A DNA stretch of 64,000 nt from Azolla caroliniana (Eukaryota > Plantae > Polypodiophyta): contig JBHGNT010000001.1 in assembly GCA_043228905.1 (NCBI GenBank), positions 31,186,001-31,250,000 of the forward strand, read 5' to 3'. Position 1 is the first letter of the stretch. Each line of letters starts with the position of its first letter. The notes under the pieces are model-generated. The model did not search any database and was not told the origin of the DNA. It saw nothing but the letters and a program-made list of their open reading frames with translations. Positions 61,101 to 64,000 of this stretch are shown here, in pieces. The translations under genes were made by a program, and so were the position numbers.

Positions 61101-64000
61101 TTCTTATCAGCATGTACATCTAATAGATCCACGTTCAGGTCGTACCTAAACCCTCAAACAAGAAATCTATAATCAGTATTTAGAACAAAACATAATGTGT
61201 GCAGGTAAAACACAAATGGCAGATTCAGCAAATAATTGTAAATGCAAAAGCTTAACGTTTACCCAGTCAAATCTAAGCTGAGAAAAACTTCTTTGAGGGT
61301 CAAATATTTTCCATCTCGAAAGATGACAACCTGAGAAAAGGTATACAAATCCATCAATCTTTATGGATTTACAAATCGACAATCACAACGTACAAAATAA
61401 AATTTATATATGCAAACATAATGCAGACACATATGCAAAAAATAAAATAAGGTGAATTTCACATCTGATGAAAAGCAGCAGCAACATAGACTACTTATTT
61501 GGAGAATACAACATTTAAGTAGGAAAAGGCTTTCTTTATATTAAGTGTATGAAAAAAAATAAGAATTGCCAAATGGCATAATTTTGATGCTTGTACAAAA
61601 GCAATAATACAAGGACCATGGCTATGGAATTACAATGAATGCTGAGCGGAACCATCCAAAATGAACCACTATGCGTAAGTGTACTGCCAAAAAATGTCTT
61701 AAAGAGATCAATCAAAGAAAGGGCCTCTAGAGTATCCTGTCATTGTGAGCATAAAGAAATGTACACCCAATATACATTGTAATTAGAGAATGCCGCCCAA
61801 TAGATATATATCCAGTGTGCAAGCCAGCACACAAAGAAAAAGACTAGGGTCCACGCACATGCTACATGCAGGACATGGCCCACTCTGTCTCCTAGGTACA
61901 ACTTGGTAGGCCAACATGCACAGTTTGCCATTGAAAATAAAATATTTGGCAACTTATATTGAGAGACCAAATGAAGGTTCAAAAGATACTAAGAATAACA
62001 TGATGAAGTCCATGCAGCTAATGTCATAACTGCTGATAAATCTATCCTAATGGACCCTAATGACTGCATTTCTTCATTCCTCAGCTCCTTGTAATACATA
62101 CTACCAATAACTAAAGCTGAATCAATGAGTCGGCACACGCCCAACCAAAAGTAAGTGGTATAAGAGAGATAGTTATGTTACTTGTGCACGTACAATGAAA
62201 AGAGATTGGAGAGATTAGTGACTGAGAATTTCAATGTTTGAAGACATCTGTAACTCATGGAAGGAACCCTTGATAAAAGTTAAAACTATATTCAGCTTTT
62301 GCAAGGAGATATGTGAATAACACCTGTCCTTTCAATTAAAGAAGATATCAAGAAATTCTGCCATTCATTTCCCTTACCTCATCTGGTTCTTTCCTTAATT
62401 TTGATTTGATGAATCGTAGCAAGTGTTTTTGATTCATGCATGCAGAATGGTGAACGTGTGTATCAACTTTACGGACATTGTAAAAGTCCCTATGGGGGGC
62501 ACTCTTTTGAGCTAGAAACTCACGATCAGCATTCAGCATTAGATGTAGACTGAACTTCTGTTGTTTCAAGATAAAGAATAGGTATTAGGATGAGTTAGAC
62601 TTCAATTTTGTATACAAAATATAGATCTTAATACCTGCTCCAACAAACGGAGGCGATGATGACAGAGAGTGCGAACATTTCCAAGTGCTACTATCTTCAA
62701 TATCCGATGCATATCAGTAAAGAATTCTGTAGCACAAAGAACTGGGAAAAGTTCTTCTGTGGCTGAAACAAAATTATTGATCATGTTAGTGAACATCAGA
62801 TATTAGATCCCACGAATAAGAAATTTACATAGATTCGAAGGAAGCAGATGATTGTAACTTTTGTACTCAGAAATTATTGACAATGAACCTTGCCAAACCA
62901 AGTTTCTAATTACATTAAACCAAATACATAATTAAGCATCTTCATCGGACAGTACGCTCCTCCAATTACCTAGGCCACTTTCATAACCACAGTAGGATGC
63001 TTTTGCATAGGACAGACCACCAGGCAAACTCAACAGAAGCACAAGCCTCTCAGAAGGAGCTTCTTTTATAGACATCTGGACTCGGCAGATTAGTGTTCTT
63101 AGTGTGGGTTAAATCATGATCAGGAGGAGAATCATATGTATACAATCTATCTCAAAAGACTTCTATATCCCAGCATCTTTTCATGACTAGGCAGATGCAA
63201 CAAGACATTGTGTTACATGTCAACCATTGCAATCTCTTTACGAATTAGAAGGTTGCCTTCTATTTTTTAATGGATCCCATGCACAATGCTTCGATGGCCC
63301 TCAGTGCTTTTACTTTTCCTTCAAATTTGGATTCACGTACCTATGTAGAGAAGGCAATGTAGAAATCCTGGATGCAACATACAGGGATGTGATGAGTTTC
63401 TCTTTACATGTAATATAGGATCAGTTTGAAATTTTGTTGTGCCTTCTTGCCATTCATGTTTCACGCATGTAAGCCTTGATATTTTTATTTACTCTACAGA
63501 TCATTAGAAAAGCAGATTGACACTATCAGATGTGCAAGACGTGAGACGAGGTAACAATAATTTATATATTACACTTGAATTAATAGCATGATAACTCGTG
63601 CTCCAAGATTTGAAAAGAATTGTGTATTTTTTTCTAGTACAGTAAGTTACTGCTTCTAGACATTTTAATGTGCTTTCTTGCCATCTTACAAGACTATTTT
63701 TACATACAGATGTTTTCTAGGCTGAAGATAATTAAAAACGTATCTACAAATTCAGAAGCCCATATTTGTACCTTCTTCATCAGCAAACACATGAACAACT
63801 CCATCTACCATTCGAAATACATGCTGCAAAGGAAATCCTCAATAAGAGAACTATTCTTAGTACTTGACTACATAGCAGAAGATGAAAATACAGAGAAAGC
63901 AAAGTAATACCTTGGATGCTGGTTCTTGCTCATAGTGAAAAGGATCTGGGTTTGGCTTAGGAGTGCTTGGATCAGTAATTGTTTCTATATGCCAAGGTGC
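55134..64000 (-). CDS. AMPD: AMP deaminase (AMPD / FAC1), 5'-partial
   Basis: Exons (some approximate): 64000-63911 ([21 protein letters not shown]), 63823-63772, 62762-62635, 62557-62378 ([28 protein letters not shown]), ~61330-61263, ~61145-61003 ([25 protein letters not shown]), ~59987-59926, ~57914-57801, ~56682-56542, ~56451-56299, ~56225-56170 (FRPHAGE), ~56079-55970, ~55894-55722 ([21 protein letters not shown]), ~55638-55558, ~55388-55290, 55202-55134 ([12 protein letters not shown]...DS*). Confidence 0.97.
59476..59541. repeat. Two-copy ~33-bp tandem duplication in an AMPD intron
   Basis: CAATTAGAGAATA.T...A..ATCAGCATACC repeated twice. Confidence 0.8.

Overview
AT-rich, intron-containing nuclear DNA of a land plant, most likely a fern (inferred from unedited RNA-editing signatures in an embedded plastid fragment). 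I reconstructed eight spliced protein-coding genes by hand from GT-AG boundaries. In order they are: an organelle-targeted Methyltransf_16/METTL20-like methyltransferase (-, 3' end probably off-window); a group VIII EAR-repressor ERF (+); a UIEF-like UAP56-interacting mRNA export factor (-); a shorter head-to-head UIEF paralogue that has lost its UAP56-binding motif (+, not shown as a gene by the ORF track); a large low-complexity TRM/LONGIFOLIA protein (-); proteasome assembly chaperone 4 (-); Mediator subunit MED13 (-); and AMP deaminase (-, 5' end off-window). The window also holds a decayed rpl22-rps3 plastid insertion (NUPT), an intronic tRNA-derived SINE-like head, tandem duplications, microsatellites and weak DNA-transposon remnants. 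The best novelty candidate is the divergent UIEF / motif-less UIEF pair. All family assignments are from recalled motifs; no database search was run.
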